IMG/VR virus record: IMGVR_UViG_3300038309_000252
Location: 68,601-132,600 of that record
Source of the DNA: a virus
Strand: one strand, 5' to 3'
Length of the DNA: 64,000 nt
Shown in pieces: positions 29,304 through 38,611 of the stretch. How positions within the stretch are numbered: position 1 is the first letter of the stretch; each line of letters begins with the position of its first letter. The notes beneath the pieces were generated by a model. That model made no database searches. It was not told the DNA's origin and was given only the letters and a program-made list of their open reading frames with translations. A program made the position numbers and the translations under genes.

Positions 29304-31049
29304 TCATGTCCAAACAGATCCCCATGAACCAGTTAAAGAACCTTTAGAATAGCTGGTTCCCTTTTGCTCAAAAAAGTTTGAATGTTCAGGAGCATTAATA
29401 ATTTCTTCTACCCATGGTAAAGGATTCTTCTTTACCTTGAATATTCCTTTCATTCCTAAAGCAATCAATCTTCTATCTGCAATATATCTAATATACTTCT
29501 TAACTTCTTGCTCTGTTAAACCTTGGACCCCACCAGTTTTAAAAGCAAGATCAATAAACTTATCCTCTAATTCCACCATTTTTTCTGCGATATTATATAG
29601 TTGACCTTTAATGTCATCTGTCCATAGTGCTCTATGTTCTTTAAGAATTTCCTTAAACAACCATGTCATTCCTTCCACGTGACAATTCCCAGTAACAGAT
29701 ATCTTTCCATTTGAGCGAATTAAAAATGCAGAACCAGGAACAGAAACGCAATAAAATTGTGTTGGTTCATGTGTAATATATCTCTTAACTACAGTTGATG
29801 ATTTGATATATCGAAATGTATTTGAACTTTCAATATATTCACCACAAGCTAATAAAGCAATACAATCAATAACTTCTTTAATTTCTTTTTTCATCACATA
29901 ACTTTCATTATTAATTAAATATAATGAAGTTAATTGAATCCAATATTCAATTGCTTCTCTTGCCCATCTACTTGAAACATAATTTAACTGCCAATAAAAC
30001 CAATTTGGATCTAGTAATTCCCAAAAAATACAATTAATCATTTTTAAATCTTCTGTGGTTAGATTATCTCTACCAATACGCAATTCACCAGTTCTAATAT
30101 AATGTGCTCTACCAGATGATGTTGATGCAGTAAATACTCCTTCCTCACACACCATCCTATGATCAGAAGTAACATGCTGATGAAACGAATCGCTTTCAAA
30201 AATATATGATTCTGATCTACTAGAAACAATAATATCTTTTGGTTTTGTGAACGAAAGTTCTTTATTTTTGATATTATATTGCATCAAAATAGTATCCATA
30301 TCTACTTCAGATATTTTTTTCCATCCGGTCAAAGTTAGTACTTCTGTATCGCCATGCAAGCAGGATTCATCTTTAATTGACCATGCAATCATTTGTCCCA
30401 TTCCATTCATTTTATTATATCTTGTAAAGTTTAATAACATGATGAAAGAAGAAAATAGTTGCATTCCTTCTGTAAAAGCAGAAAAAGCAGCAATTTGTTG
30501 GATAATTTGTTTTTCATTTGTATCCATAAATGTTTCAATAAATTCATGTTTTTCACGCATTTCTTCATATTCAACAAATTGCTGATAAGTAGATTCTGGC
30601 ATTCCTAAAGTATCAATTAAATGAGAATATGCTTGAATATGTACTGCTTCTCTTGCAGCAAAAGACATTAACATCATTCTAATTTCAGGTTTAGGAAACA
30701 ATGGAAGATATTTTGTTACATATGCACCAGCTACATCTACATCAGATTGAGTAAACAATCTAAAAATCTGTGTCAAGAAATACTTTTCTGTAGATGATAA
30801 TTTTGTTTTCCAATCCATAACATCTTGATGCAATGATACTTCATCAACTACCCAGTGCATCTTTTCGTGTACATGATAAAACTCAAATGCTTTAGGATAT
30901 TCAAATGGTTTGTAGTGATTTCTTGGAGTAAAAATACTTCTTTTCTTATTAGTTTGTGATTTCTTTTCATCCATGTATTCTTTTAAATCATATTCTGTGG
31001 TATTAACATGAATTACATTGTTATCATTTAATTCTGTCATTGATTTCAT
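29304..31049 (-). CDS. nrdB: ribonucleotide reductase class Ia beta subunit, intein-containing
   Basis: FTQSDVDV, REAVH, TEGMQLFSSF, DES[intein]CH, YIADRRL, NFFE. Confidence 0.95.
   Translation of the reverse strand: MKSMTELNDNNVIHVNTTEYDLKEYMDEKKSQTNKKRSIFTPRNHYKPFEYPKAFEFYHVHEKMHWVVDEVSLHQDVMDWKTKLSSTEKYFLTQIFRLFTQSDVDVAGAYVTKYLPLFPKPEIRMMLMSFAAREAVHIQAYSHLIDTLGMPESTYQQFVEYEEMREKHEFIETFMDTNEKQIIQQIAAFSAFTEGMQLFSSFIMLLNFTRYNKMNGMGQMIAWSIKDESCLHGDTEVLTLTGWKKISEVDMDTILMQYNIKNKELSFTKPKDIIVSSRSESYIFESDSFHQHVTSDHRMVCEEGVFTASTSSGRAHYIRTGELRIGRDNLTTEDLKMINCIFWELLDPNWFYWQLNYVSSRWAREAIEYWIQLTSLYLINNESYVMKKEIKEVIDCIALLACGEYIESSNTFRYIKSSTVVKRYITHEPTQFYCVSVPGSAFLIRSNGKISVTGNCHVEGMTWLFKEILKEHRALWTDDIKGQLYNIAEKMVELEDKFIDLAFKTGGVQGLTEQEVKKYIRYIADRRLIALGMKGIFKVKKNPLPWVEEIINAPEHSNFFEQKGTSYSKGSLTGSWGSVWT
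29685..30362 (-). mobile_element. intein (226 aa) in nrdB
   Basis: Starts CLHGDTEVLT, block B VTSDHRM, ends YCVSVP...SVTGN, followed by Cys+1. Confidence 0.9.
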
Positions 31050-32869
31050 CCTTCACAAGCAATACAAGAAGAATCATCTTTTAACATATCTTTCAAATCT
31101 TCAATCTTTTCTCTTGCAATTTTCTTTCCTACTAAATCCGCTTTCTTGATATTTTCGGAACGACAATAATATAAAGATTTTAACCCTTGTTTCCATGCCA
31201 TTAAATGCACCAAATGAACATATTCAATGTTTGCAGTTGGCACAAAAAATAGATTAATGGATTGTGCTTGACAAACATATGGTTGCCTATCTGCTGCATG
31301 TTGAATAATCCATGCTTGATCGATTTCCATAGCTGTTTTAAATATTTTCTTTTCATATTCATCAAGAAAATTCAATTCAGAAACAGAACCATCATTAGCA
31401 ATGATTTCAGACCATACTTCTTCTATATTTTTTCCTTTTTCATCTAGAAGTTTTTCTAAATATTTGTTTCTATGTACCCTTGTTCCATTAATACCTTTTT
31501 CAAGGTAAACATTTGCTCTTAATGGTTCAACAGATGGTGAAGTATTAAGAATAATAGAAGATGATGCATTTGGAGCAATTGCAAATAAATGACTATTTCT
31601 TACTGGAAAATCACTTAAAATACTATCAGGACATGCACCACGATCTTTACCAAGTTGGGTGGTTTTATCCTTAGCTTGAGTATGAATATTTTTCCAAATA
31701 TTTCTATTAAGACCAGAAGCAATTGCAGATTCAAAAGGAATCTTCTTTTTCATCAATAAATTATGCCATCCAAGCGCTCCAATACCAATAGAGCGCTCTG
31801 AAATCGCAGATACAATTGCTCTTTTTAGTTCAAGAAACTTCTTACCTTTTTGAATAAATACTTCCAGTACATTATCAAGCATTTCTACGATGTCTGGGAT
31901 GAAATCTTTATTATCTTTCCAATCATCATAATATTCAAGATTCACAGATGATAAGCAACAAACAAATGTCCTTTCATTATTGGTAGCTAATGTAATTTCA
32001 CTACATAGATTTGAACCATTGCTTTTTAACCCTAACTTCTGTTGATATTCTGGGAAATATCTATTTACTGTATCAATGAACCAAAGGTAAGGTTCACCAG
32101 TTTCCATTCTGATCGTAATAATTCTTTCCCACAATTCCTTCACAGATGCATAATCCACCACACTTTTATCAAATGGATTAAGTAATGGAAACTTATCTAA
32201 TTCTTCTTTTTCTTGTTGTGATAGATTAGAACCATTCAATGATAATGCTTCAACTCTTCTCATAAAATCATCTGTAATATTTACTCCATGGTGAATATTA
32301 AGACATTTTCTATTTGAATCTCCACCAGTTGGTTTTCTCATTTCTAGAAATTCAATAATTTCTGGATGATTAATATCAAGATAAGCTGCTGTGGCACCAC
32401 GTCTTGTTGTACCTTGCTTAAATGCCAATGTATCAACATCATAAGTCTTTAAATGCGGAATAATACCAGATGATTTCCTGTCACCTGGACGAAGATTTAC
32501 ATGTAAACCAACACCACCACCAACAACTGCTAGCATTCTTGTTTCTGAACTAGTTTCAAGAATACTTTCCATGGAATCATCAAGAAAAGAACCAAAACAT
32601 GAAATTGGCAATGATCGTGATGAATTATTATAGCTTAAAATTGGTGATGCAAAACTTAACCACATCTTAGAACTATAATCATATAATCTTTGTGCATGTT
32701 GTAAATTGCTTCCAAATATTTTTGATATAAAAGCAAATCTATGTTGTGGAGAAGTTTCTCCCTCTTGCATGTAACCTTCTTTTAATCTTTCTAACCCTGA
32801 TTCTGAAAATAGATTATCTCTTGAATAATCTATTTTAATATCATTAATAAAATCTATTGTATTGCTCAT
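31046..32869 (-). CDS. nrdA: ribonucleotide reductase class Ia alpha subunit
   Basis: PISCF, GGGVG, SNLCSEI, APNASSS, LKSLYY, C-terminal CIACEG. Confidence 0.96.
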   Translation of the reverse strand: MSNTIDFINDIKIDYSRDNLFSESGLERLKEGYMQEGETSPQHRFAFISKIFGSNLQHAQRLYDYSSKMWLSFASPILSYNNSSRSLPISCFGSFLDDSMESILETSSETRMLAVVGGGVGLHVNLRPGDRKSSGIIPHLKTYDVDTLAFKQGTTRRGATAAYLDINHPEIIEFLEMRKPTGGDSNRKCLNIHHGVNITDDFMRRVEALSLNGSNLSQQEKEELDKFPLLNPFDKSVVDYASVKELWERIITIRMETGEPYLWFIDTVNRYFPEYQQKLGLKSNGSNLCSEITLATNNERTFVCCLSSVNLEYYDDWKDNKDFIPDIVEMLDNVLEVFIQKGKKFLELKRAIVSAISERSIGIGALGWHNLLMKKKIPFESAIASGLNRNIWKNIHTQAKDKTTQLGKDRGACPDSILSDFPVRNSHLFAIAPNASSSIILNTSPSVEPLRANVYLEKGINGTRVHRNKYLEKLLDEKGKNIEEVWSEIIANDGSVSELNFLDEYEKKIFKTAMEIDQAWIIQHAADRQPYVCQAQSINLFFVPTANIEYVHLVHLMAWKQGLKSLYYCRSENIKKADLVGKKIAREKIEDLKDMLKDDSSCIACEG

Positions 32870-33747
32870 GAGCTTTCTGTTTCCCAAAGTTTCCTAAATT
32901 GATTCCAATTTGATAAATTACCTTGTAAATATGGACTAAATGAATCATGTAATACAGGTGTTGCTTGATGTTCTAAAGGAGAAGCATGAATTGGATTACT
33001 CTTGACCAATCTTTCAAATAGCTTCATGTCATCATCAATTGATGGTGAGGTTTGATCGTGCTTAAGATATGAAACTCTGCAACATCTTGCTGCGCTTATT
33101 TTTGGCAAAAAATAATGATCAGTTTTATATCTTGGATCATTATATAGTGTATCAATTTCACTAGATTTGATATATGGAAGATGCCATTCTCCAGCATGTA
33201 ATTCAACTGGTTTTGAATTATTTAATGCGGATTTCATTTCTTTAGCTAACGTTTGAATCTCTGGTTGAGCATCCGGATGATCTCGTAAATTGAAAAAATT
33301 ATCCCATTCTGTTGAAGTAACAACACCTTCTACATACATGAATGGTTCAAGTAATCTATTTACAATTTGTTTATGTACACCTAAATCATACATGTATTCT
33401 GCTACATCAGCATTGTAATTAGCTGCTGCTATCCATTCTGCCTTTGCTAACTCTAAATCAGGATACTCTAATTCATCATTTGCTTGCATTCCAGGTTTAT
33501 TCCTTCCCCAAAATACAGGAATTGCTGGATTAGTACGTACCTGTTCAATAAGTTTTGATGTTGGAATAGCTCTTGATGAAGAAAAGTTTCTACTGAATAC
33601 TCTATGGGTATTAAACTCTGCAAGAATAAACCTATGAAACTTAACTTGCATTGTTGTAATTCTGAATAATTTATTGTGAAGTAGTGGATCATACTTATCA
33701 ATATTTACTGAATCTGCAATAATCTTTGCCTCAATCATTATGTTCAC
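32866..33747 (-). CDS. thyX: flavin-dependent thymidylate synthase
   Basis: EFNTHRVFSRNFSSSRAIP, NRLLEP, SAARCCRVSY, HASPLEH. Confidence 0.9.
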   Translation of the reverse strand: MNIMIEAKIIADSVNIDKYDPLLHNKLFRITTMQVKFHRFILAEFNTHRVFSRNFSSSRAIPTSKLIEQVRTNPAIPVFWGRNKPGMQANDELEYPDLELAKAEWIAAANYNADVAEYMYDLGVHKQIVNRLLEPFMYVEGVVTSTEWDNFFNLRDHPDAQPEIQTLAKEMKSALNNSKPVELHAGEWHLPYIKSSEIDTLYNDPRYKTDHYFLPKISAARCCRVSYLKHDQTSPSIDDDMKLFERLVKSNPIHASPLEHQATPVLHDSFSPYLQGNLSNWNQFRKLWETESS

Positions 33748-33748
33748 C

Positions 33749-34741
33749 TTAACATTTTTTCCAAAAAGAAAATCTAGCTTTAGCTTCTAATCCTGAATAA
33801 GTATTTTCTTGAATAATATCAACAATATCTTCTGATGAATAACCAGCTAATATCATTTCATTGATATCTTTTTGCTTTATGAATTCAGGAAAAAGACAAA
33901 CCTTAAAATCTTGATTGATAGTCTTTTCGATCAAATGAGATATTGTTTTTGATCTTGGTTCATTATCATATATTATAATAATATTATCTTTATTTCTTTG
34001 CAAGAAATTACCATTAAATGTAGAACCAGATACAGCAATTGCATTTGGAAGAAATAATGAGTCTATTGGTCCTTCAACCACCAAAATAGGTTTATTGATA
34101 TTTATTCTATCCAATCCATAGATTGCATCTTTTGCCTGGTCAATTTTGATGGTGTAATATTTAGGAAAATGATTATCAATACTTCTTCCTTGAAATGCAA
34201 ACCAATGATTGTTTTCTATGTAAGGAATAATTAACCTTGGATGGTCATCATTATATTCAAACTTATTTGGGATAATTGAATTGACAAATTGCATGAACCC
34301 AGGTGTATAATAAAGTATATTAAAATATTTATCTGGAATCTTTCTATTTTTTACATATGAAAAAACTGGATGATCTTCATCCAATTCTGCTATAGACTGC
34401 AATCCAATATTTACATCAACAATATTATTGTCAATTGTTTCTTTTTCTTTAATGCCAATTGAAACAGGATAAGGATTATACTTATCTAGTACATATTCAT
34501 CAAAACTTGTTGGATCAATAGTTCTTAAGAAATATCTAAAAGATGAACTATAACCACAATTATGGCATTTAACAAATAATTGATCTTTATGTTTATAGAT
34601 GTAGCATCTAGCTTTCTTCTTATTTGAAGAACTATCACCACAAATTGGACAAGAAAAGTTCCAAATATAATTACCTTTATACTTGAAGTTTCTTAGTTTA
34701 CAATTTAATTGATTGGCGTAATTTACATCAACAAATAACAT
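33749..34741 (-). CDS. 61: DNA primase gp61
   Basis: Zn finger CPICGDS...CHNC, FQGR, VEGPIDSLF, DNEPR, KDINEM. ATG 34741 lies downstream of a promoter. Confidence 0.95.
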   Translation of the reverse strand: MLFVDVNYANQLNCKLRNFKYKGNYIWNFSCPICGDSSSNKKKARCYIYKHKDQLFVKCHNCGYSSSFRYFLRTIDPTSFDEYVLDKYNPYPVSIGIKEKETIDNNIVDVNIGLQSIAELDEDHPVFSYVKNRKIPDKYFNILYYTPGFMQFVNSIIPNKFEYNDDHPRLIIPYIENNHWFAFQGRSIDNHFPKYYTIKIDQAKDAIYGLDRININKPILVVEGPIDSLFLPNAIAVSGSTFNGNFLQRNKDNIIIIYDNEPRSKTISHLIEKTINQDFKVCLFPEFIKQKDINEMILAGYSSEDIVDIIQENTYSGLEAKARFSFWKKC

Positions 34742-34765
34742 TGTTATGATCCCCAATTTTTGAAT

Positions 34766-34794
34766 ATTATATACCAATTTGATCAATTGGTCAA
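34766..34794 (-). promoter_or_regulatory. sigma70-type promoter for primase operon
   Basis: TTGACC-17nt-TATAAT. Confidence 0.7.
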
Positions 34795-34819
34795 TATTCT
34801 TTTTTTGTTCTAAAAAGAC

Positions 34820-35220
34820 TTGACTTTTGTCCAAAAATATGGTATAATAAATGTGTTCTTTAAGGAACAAAAAAACTTTAACGATCTAGAACATTAAATT
34901 AACCTAGATCAATTAAACAAAAAACATTATACCATAAAAGGTAACCTTAAGGTAACTTTAAACAATAAATGATCTAGAACAACTAAACAATGTAACATTG
35001 CAACAAAAGTGCAACATAAAAATCTATTATTTTGAATTTTTCATGTATAAATATCTCTGAGATGTTTGAAGATACTTAGAAACAAGATTAAACAAGAAAC
35101 ATTGAACAACAAATTAACCCTGGATCAACCTGGTTCAATTAAACAAGAAACATTGAACAACAAATTAACCCTGGATCAACCTGGTTCAATTAAACAATAA
35201 ATAATCTAGAACAAGATAAT
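34820..35220 (+). repeat. promoter + G-poor repeat element, copy 1 (origin-like)
   Basis: TTGACT-17-TATAAT, then GATCTAGAAC / AAACAAGAAACATT units and a 51-bp tandem at 35088-35189; near-identical start at 63731. Confidence 0.85.
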
Positions 35221-35440
35221 ATTAAATCAATCATCCTTTGTTGGTTTGAGGCAGAAATCCATCTTTAAAATTAAATTTTAAGTAACAGAAAACATACATG
35301 ATTAAAGAATCATGTATTCATGGTATGATTAGATTTAGTTAGATCGTTAGGAACTAACGATTATGATTCTGTGGATTAAGACTTTAAGGTAACGTTAATG
35401 TTACCTAAGTTTGATTGATGAAAGATGAAGCATTAGTTGT

Positions 35441-35725
35441 TTAAGCAGCAATGTAGTTCACGTGTAATTCATCATTTGTATTGGCGAATGATTTAATGTT
35501 TAATTTTGTATGAAAAGATCTTTTTGCATAAAATCTTTCATATACTGATTCTATATATTCCTTTGTTTCAATACCAGTAAGATCATGGGCAAATACTGGT
35601 ACTTCTTGATTGTAATGTCCAAATTTAAAATTTTTTGGAAAATTACAATCATGATGTGGAAATTCTATTGTTTTCATTGTCCTTTTCGTCCATTCATACA
35701 TGAATGATGTGTTTATGGAAACCAA
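35441..35725 (-). CDS. hypothetical protein
   Basis: ORF at the end of the leftward early arm; start uncertain. Confidence 0.5.
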   Translation of the reverse strand: MVSINTSFMYEWTKRTMKTIEFPHHDCNFPKNFKFGHYNQEVPVFAHDLTGIETKEYIESVYERFYAKRSFHTKLNIKSFANTNDELHVNYIAA

Positions 35726-35790
35726 TTAGATGCTTAGCAATTGGTTAGTTCATTCTTCACCACTATACCTTCTGAAGGTAAGAAGGCAGG

Positions 35791-36273
35791 TTAACCTGCC
35801 TTCTCCTTACACATATAGAAGTATGTTGATGCCACAGAAGGTTTCATTCCTTCAATGCCATCCACAAATAGCTTGATGATATTGCTTCTGGTCCTATCAG
35901 CATCTGGACACTTTTTATATATATCCAAAGCAATCGCTAGCTTGGATTCGCTTCTGGTCTTCCTTGGACCAGTTGCCTTAGCATTAACTGCCTTTTTAGG
36001 TTTTGCCTTAGAAACTGCATCATTCTTTGGTCTATATAGTTTAGAAATAATTTCTCCAACATTACTATACCTTTTAGGTGTTAAGGTTTCCTTAGCGGTT
36101 TCATGAGCTAAGGATTTGTCTTTAGACCTACCTTTGCAATCATCAATGTAGGATTCAATCCTATCAACCAGGGATTCAACTTCTTGGTCAATATCGTCTT
36201 CCTCCTCTGAGGAATCTATAAGGATTTGGTCCACATCAACAACTGGGCAATGGCATTTAACGTCATCCATCAT
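35791..36273 (-). CDS. early protein with Lys-rich linker and C-terminal helical (HTH-like) domain
   Basis: SD GGAGG; C-terminus paralogous to 38730..39425. Confidence 0.75.
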   Translation of the reverse strand: MMDDVKCHCPVVDVDQILIDSSEEEDDIDQEVESLVDRIESYIDDCKGRSKDKSLAHETAKETLTPKRYSNVGEIISKLYRPKNDAVSKAKPKKAVNAKATGPRKTRSESKLAIALDIYKKCPDADRTRSNIIKLFVDGIEGMKPSVASTYFYMCKEKAG

Positions 36274-36372
36274 TCGTCCTCCAATCACCTACATGATGGT
36301 AATAGCTTAAACTATGTTTGCTAACTTGTCAACTGTGTGAAATTAATACATGCATGTGTGTGGAAATGAAAT

Positions 36373-36402
36373 AGCATCTGGTCTATTGCTAGACCAGATG
36401 CT
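36373..36402 (-). terminator. 13-bp stem, GCAA loop
   Basis: AGCATCTGGTCTA-N4-TAGACCAGATGCT downstream of the 36436..36777 gene. Confidence 0.65.
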
Positions 36403-36435
36403 GTATAATCGCATTGCATTCATGGTATGCCTGGT

Positions 36436-36777
36436 TCAGATCGAAAGGCAATCAATTATTGCTTGATTGAACACACGCTTGTAATTATCGACAAGGTCTT
36501 CCTTGAAATAAATGAATTGGTCATGAATGTAATACATTGGAATAGATGGACGTTTGACCACACAGGCATTATAGGTTTCCTGTTTCAATTCCATTAAATC
36601 ATCCTCAGAAATCCCATTTGGGATTTCAATGGATTTTGTTGAATAGAATTGCTTCTGTGCATTATGCCTTGCAAGCATTTCAACCAAGGTAAACATTACC
36701 TGGTCTGCATGATCAACACCATGTTCCATAATGGAATTATACATGGTTTCATTATTGGCAATGGAATCAAACTTCAT
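36436..36777 (-). CDS. hypothetical early protein
   Basis: Promoter and SD GAGGT upstream of ATG 36777. Confidence 0.7.
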   Translation of the reverse strand: MKFDSIANNETMYNSIMEHGVDHADQVMFTLVEMLARHNAQKQFYSTKSIEIPNGISEDDLMELKQETYNACVVKRPSIPMYYIHDQFIYFKEDLVDNYKRVFNQAIIDCLSI

Positions 36778-36966
36778 GATATACCTCGCAATCACCATTT
36801 TCATTGTGGTTACAATGTAACACAAGCGATAATGGTTGTCAACTATGCACGAATGATTCAGATTCCAGGTCTTTCAGCTAGGCACCATGGTGCCTAGCTC
36901 AGCTAGGCACCACAACTAGGAATAGACGCTAAGCGCGAGCTTAGCGTCTCCACCACTATGCCTTTA

Positions 36967-37152
36967 TTAACGGGTTTCCTTCAGGATTTCGCGCGCATAT
37001 GCCTTTGCTGTTGCTTCCGTATATCCGCGTGTTGAATGCATGAGGTAGACCTTAATTTCATTCCTGATGTCGGACATCGAAAGTGTTGGATTCACCGACA
37101 CCATCATATCCATATAGTTTCTGGCATCTTGCTTAATAGTCTTCTTCATCAC
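36967..37152 (-). CDS. small early protein (family with 43223..43429)
   Basis: Promoter + SD AAGGAG; TAKAYA motif. Confidence 0.7.
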   Translation of the reverse strand: MMKKTIKQDARNYMDMMVSVNPTLSMSDIRNEIKVYLMHSTRGYTEATAKAYAREILKETR

Positions 37153-37216
37153 TACGCTCCTTCACCAAACAATGACTACATCATACCCTAAGCAGTTCAC
37201 ACGTGTCAACTGTTCA

Positions 37217-37681
37217 TTAATTGAGCGCTAACCTGAATGACAACAGGTACACGTCTTCAAACCTGTCTTTGATATTTTGAATCCTTTCCATACATGTATC
37301 CAATGAATGATCACCATAAACCAAACGCTCAATCAACCACCAATCGTCTATTGGCATGCGCTGCAATTGCAAACCATGCATGCCATTAGCAAGAAACAGC
37401 TTGGCAGACTTGGAAGCAACATAAGATGCCACCAGCAGCATTGCTTCATCCTTGGATTCACAAGAATCCTTAAGAACCTCGACATGAGGATCATTAAGCA
37501 GCGATATCCAATGCAGGTCAACAACATCAGGAGCGATATTGTTAAATATCAAGCTACCATCAGTTTCTGTTTTTTCGATCCAAGACTTGAATCGATTAGC
37601 AGCATTGACGTCAAAGGATTCATCCTCACATTTCAAGGATTCAATCATTCCAAAAACAGTCATAGATGTAGATGTAGTCAT
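37217..37681 (-). CDS. hypothetical early protein
   Basis: SD AGGA; orientation matches the arm. Confidence 0.7.
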   Translation of the reverse strand: MTTSTSMTVFGMIESLKCEDESFDVNAANRFKSWIEKTETDGSLIFNNIAPDVVDLHWISLLNDPHVEVLKDSCESKDEAMLLVASYVASKSAKLFLANGMHGLQLQRMPIDDWWLIERLVYGDHSLDTCMERIQNIKDRFEDVYLLSFRLALN

Positions 37682-37749
37682 TTTTGGTTCCTATTGATAC
37701 TGATCGCAAAGAACTTGAACGTATGATTCTACTGGATTAACCAGTATCT

Positions 37750-37920
37750 TCAACTCCTATTCATTGCGAAATGGTAGTTCTCCTCGTCCTCCCTAAGGAT
37801 TTCACGAAGATCATCATCATCTTCTTCATCCAGAAGACAAAGATCGATATCCAATCCCTTCCAGGATTTAAAATCCTCTGAACTAAGAATGTCAAAATCA
37901 TCCGGACCAAAATCGTTCAT
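37750..37920 (-). CDS. 56-aa highly acidic protein (not in ORF track)
   Basis: MNDFGPDDFD...DEEDDDDLREILREDEEN; SD AGGTG, own promoter. Confidence 0.7.
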   Translation of the reverse strand: MNDFGPDDFDILSSEDFKSWKGLDIDLCLLDEEDDDDLREILREDEENYHFAMNRS

Positions 37921-38267
37921 AGTCACCTACCTTGTCACCTACCTTGCGATTCCTGTGGTGCATAGTAGCAAAGGCATTCTAGGATGTCAACTATCCACTA
38001 TTGCTTCATGTGGCATCATGGATCCTAGGTACCTTAGGCACACCATCGTTTTTGATTTTGACCTATCATATAGGCAATGGCATTGGTTGTCAACTATGTA
38101 GTTTTTATACATGGCATTGCATTGCCTTGCCAGGAAGACTAAGGACTATGGATTCAGGGATGCCTCTGTGACGCGCTACGCTGCCCTACGTTGAACGATC
38201 TCGAGCAAGAAGCTACCCTACTAGCTCTCATATCCAAAGTTCATAGGTACCCATGAATGCACCATTT

Positions 38268-38469
38268 CTACATAGTTGACAATGGGTTAACACCATGGCA
38301 AGCTATACCAATGATGGCAACACTGCCATTGAGGAATGAAGGCAATTGCCATGTATAAAACCTACATAGTTGACAATGGGTTAACACCATGGCAAGCTAT
38401 ACCAATGATGGCAACACTGCCATTGAGGAATGAAGGCAATTGCCATGTATAAAACCTACATAGTTGACA
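38268..38469 (+). repeat. 94-bp tandem repeat, each unit carrying a promoter-like TTGACA
   Basis: Exact units at 38268 and 38362; partial third at 38456. Confidence 0.95.
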
Positions 38470-38611
38470 CAGCGAAAGACTGTGATATGCTAGACCTCGA
38501 TTGACAATTGAGGAATGGACCAGGCAGGATGCTATTCAGGTTTGTGTATCATTCGTGCATAGTTGACAATGTAGTTGAGGTGTTGCATAATACACCCATG
38601 ATGAATGAAAT

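Larger units (their letters stand above)
36304..38093 (-). promoter_or_regulatory. five leftward sigma70 early promoters with AG-TTGACA -35
   Basis: TGTCAA on + at 36327, 36837, 37204, 37985, 38088, each with a -10 box 17-18 nt away. Confidence 0.8.

Noticed and set aside
33749-34870. 373-aa primase as called in the ORF track
   Set aside because: The extension runs through two promoters; the likely start is ATG 34741.
34900-35220. CRISPR array
   Set aside because: Units are tandem or reshuffled with no unique spacers of constant length; no cas genes.
37307-38101. Plus-strand ORFs 37307..37726 and 37889..38101
   Set aside because: They oppose the local promoters and overlap better-supported minus-strand genes.
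38268-38469. CRISPR or mini-array
   Set aside because: The whole 94-bp unit is duplicated, leaving no variable spacer; it is a promoter repeat.
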